From assembly GCA_947632145.1 (NCBI GenBank), contig CANRNW010000023.1:1-16905 (forward strand): a stretch of DNA of 16,905 bases. The letters are read 5' to 3'. Both the position numbers and the translations under genes were made by a program. Shown in pieces: positions 16,588 through 16,905 of the stretch; positions within the stretch are counted from its first letter, which is position 1; each line of letters starts with the position of its first letter. The DNA comes from an uncultured Clostridia bacterium (GTDB taxonomy: Bacteria; Bacillota; Clostridia; TANB77; CAG-508). The notes below the pieces were generated by a model. That model worked only from the letters and a program-made list of their open reading frames with translations, searched no databases and was not told where the DNA came from.

Positions 16588-16905
16588 TTAATTAGTTTGA
16601 TTTATTCTTCTTTTCAAGTAGTCTGATAATTGTTTATCTGTACAATAAATATAACAACCTTTTTGCCCTCTGGTCATTAGTGTTCTGTATGTATTTTTTA
16701 TTATTTCATCTGCTATTTTTTCTGCTTTATCAAAATCTTGTTTAAACATTTTATATATTCCTTTAACGGATTGGTCTGTTTTTGCTCTTTCCGTAACATC
16801 TGTCACTATTTTACCATTTTCATATCTTAAATCATTTCCAATAATTACTCCAACATAATCAAATTCAAGTCCTTGTGCTGTATGTATACATCCTATTTCA
16901 TTTAC
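16588..16905 (-). CDS. DUF2075-family ATP-binding protein, C-terminal part (the gene continues beyond the right edge)
   Basis: The frame is open from 16905: VNEIGCIHTAQGLEFDYVGVIIGNDLRYENGKIVTDVTERAK...TYRTLMTRGQKGCYIYCTDKQL. This is the typical DUF2075 C-terminus. The ORF-track start at 16806 is an internal GTG. Confidence 0.75.
   Translation of the reverse strand, partial: VNEIGCIHTAQGLEFDYVGVIIGNDLRYENGKIVTDVTERAKTDQSVKGIYKMFKQDFDKAEKIADEIIKNTYRTLMTRGQKGCYIYCTDKQLSDYLKRRINQTN

Overview
This is an AT-rich segment (visibly below about 30% G+C) from a spore-forming Firmicute, Clostridia-like because spoIIE and spoVB are present. The right ~13 kb is a conserved core block, mostly on the minus strand. 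In coordinate order from the right it holds a DUF2075 ATPase (partial), an MBL-fold hydrolase, trmL and tex. Then come spoVB and a GT51 transglycosylase (both plus strand), a TSCPD protein, a DUF348/G5/3D wall protein, spoIIE, comM, dprA and yraN. The left ~3.8 kb looks accessory. It holds a RhuM-family gene with its own strong promoter and an orphan transcript made of three GC-rich hairpins, a decayed RBS/start and a (TG)15 microsatellite. It also holds a head-to-tail array of at least three ~0.88-kb units. Each unit encodes a signal-peptide protein of unknown function behind a leader that shows compensatory base changes between copies. The main observation concerns dprA, comM, spoIIE, tex and trmL, which are broken by eight frameshifts in total. 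All eight are the same lesion: one surplus C directly before a glycine GGN codon, creating a zero-frame CGG. No other zero-frame CGG occurs in any gene of the window, and skipping the C restores the conserved family motif each time. This is either a very specific systematic sequence artefact or +1/quadruplet recoding at an otherwise unused CGG codon. One window cannot distinguish these. I found no tRNA, rRNA, CRISPR array or transposase.
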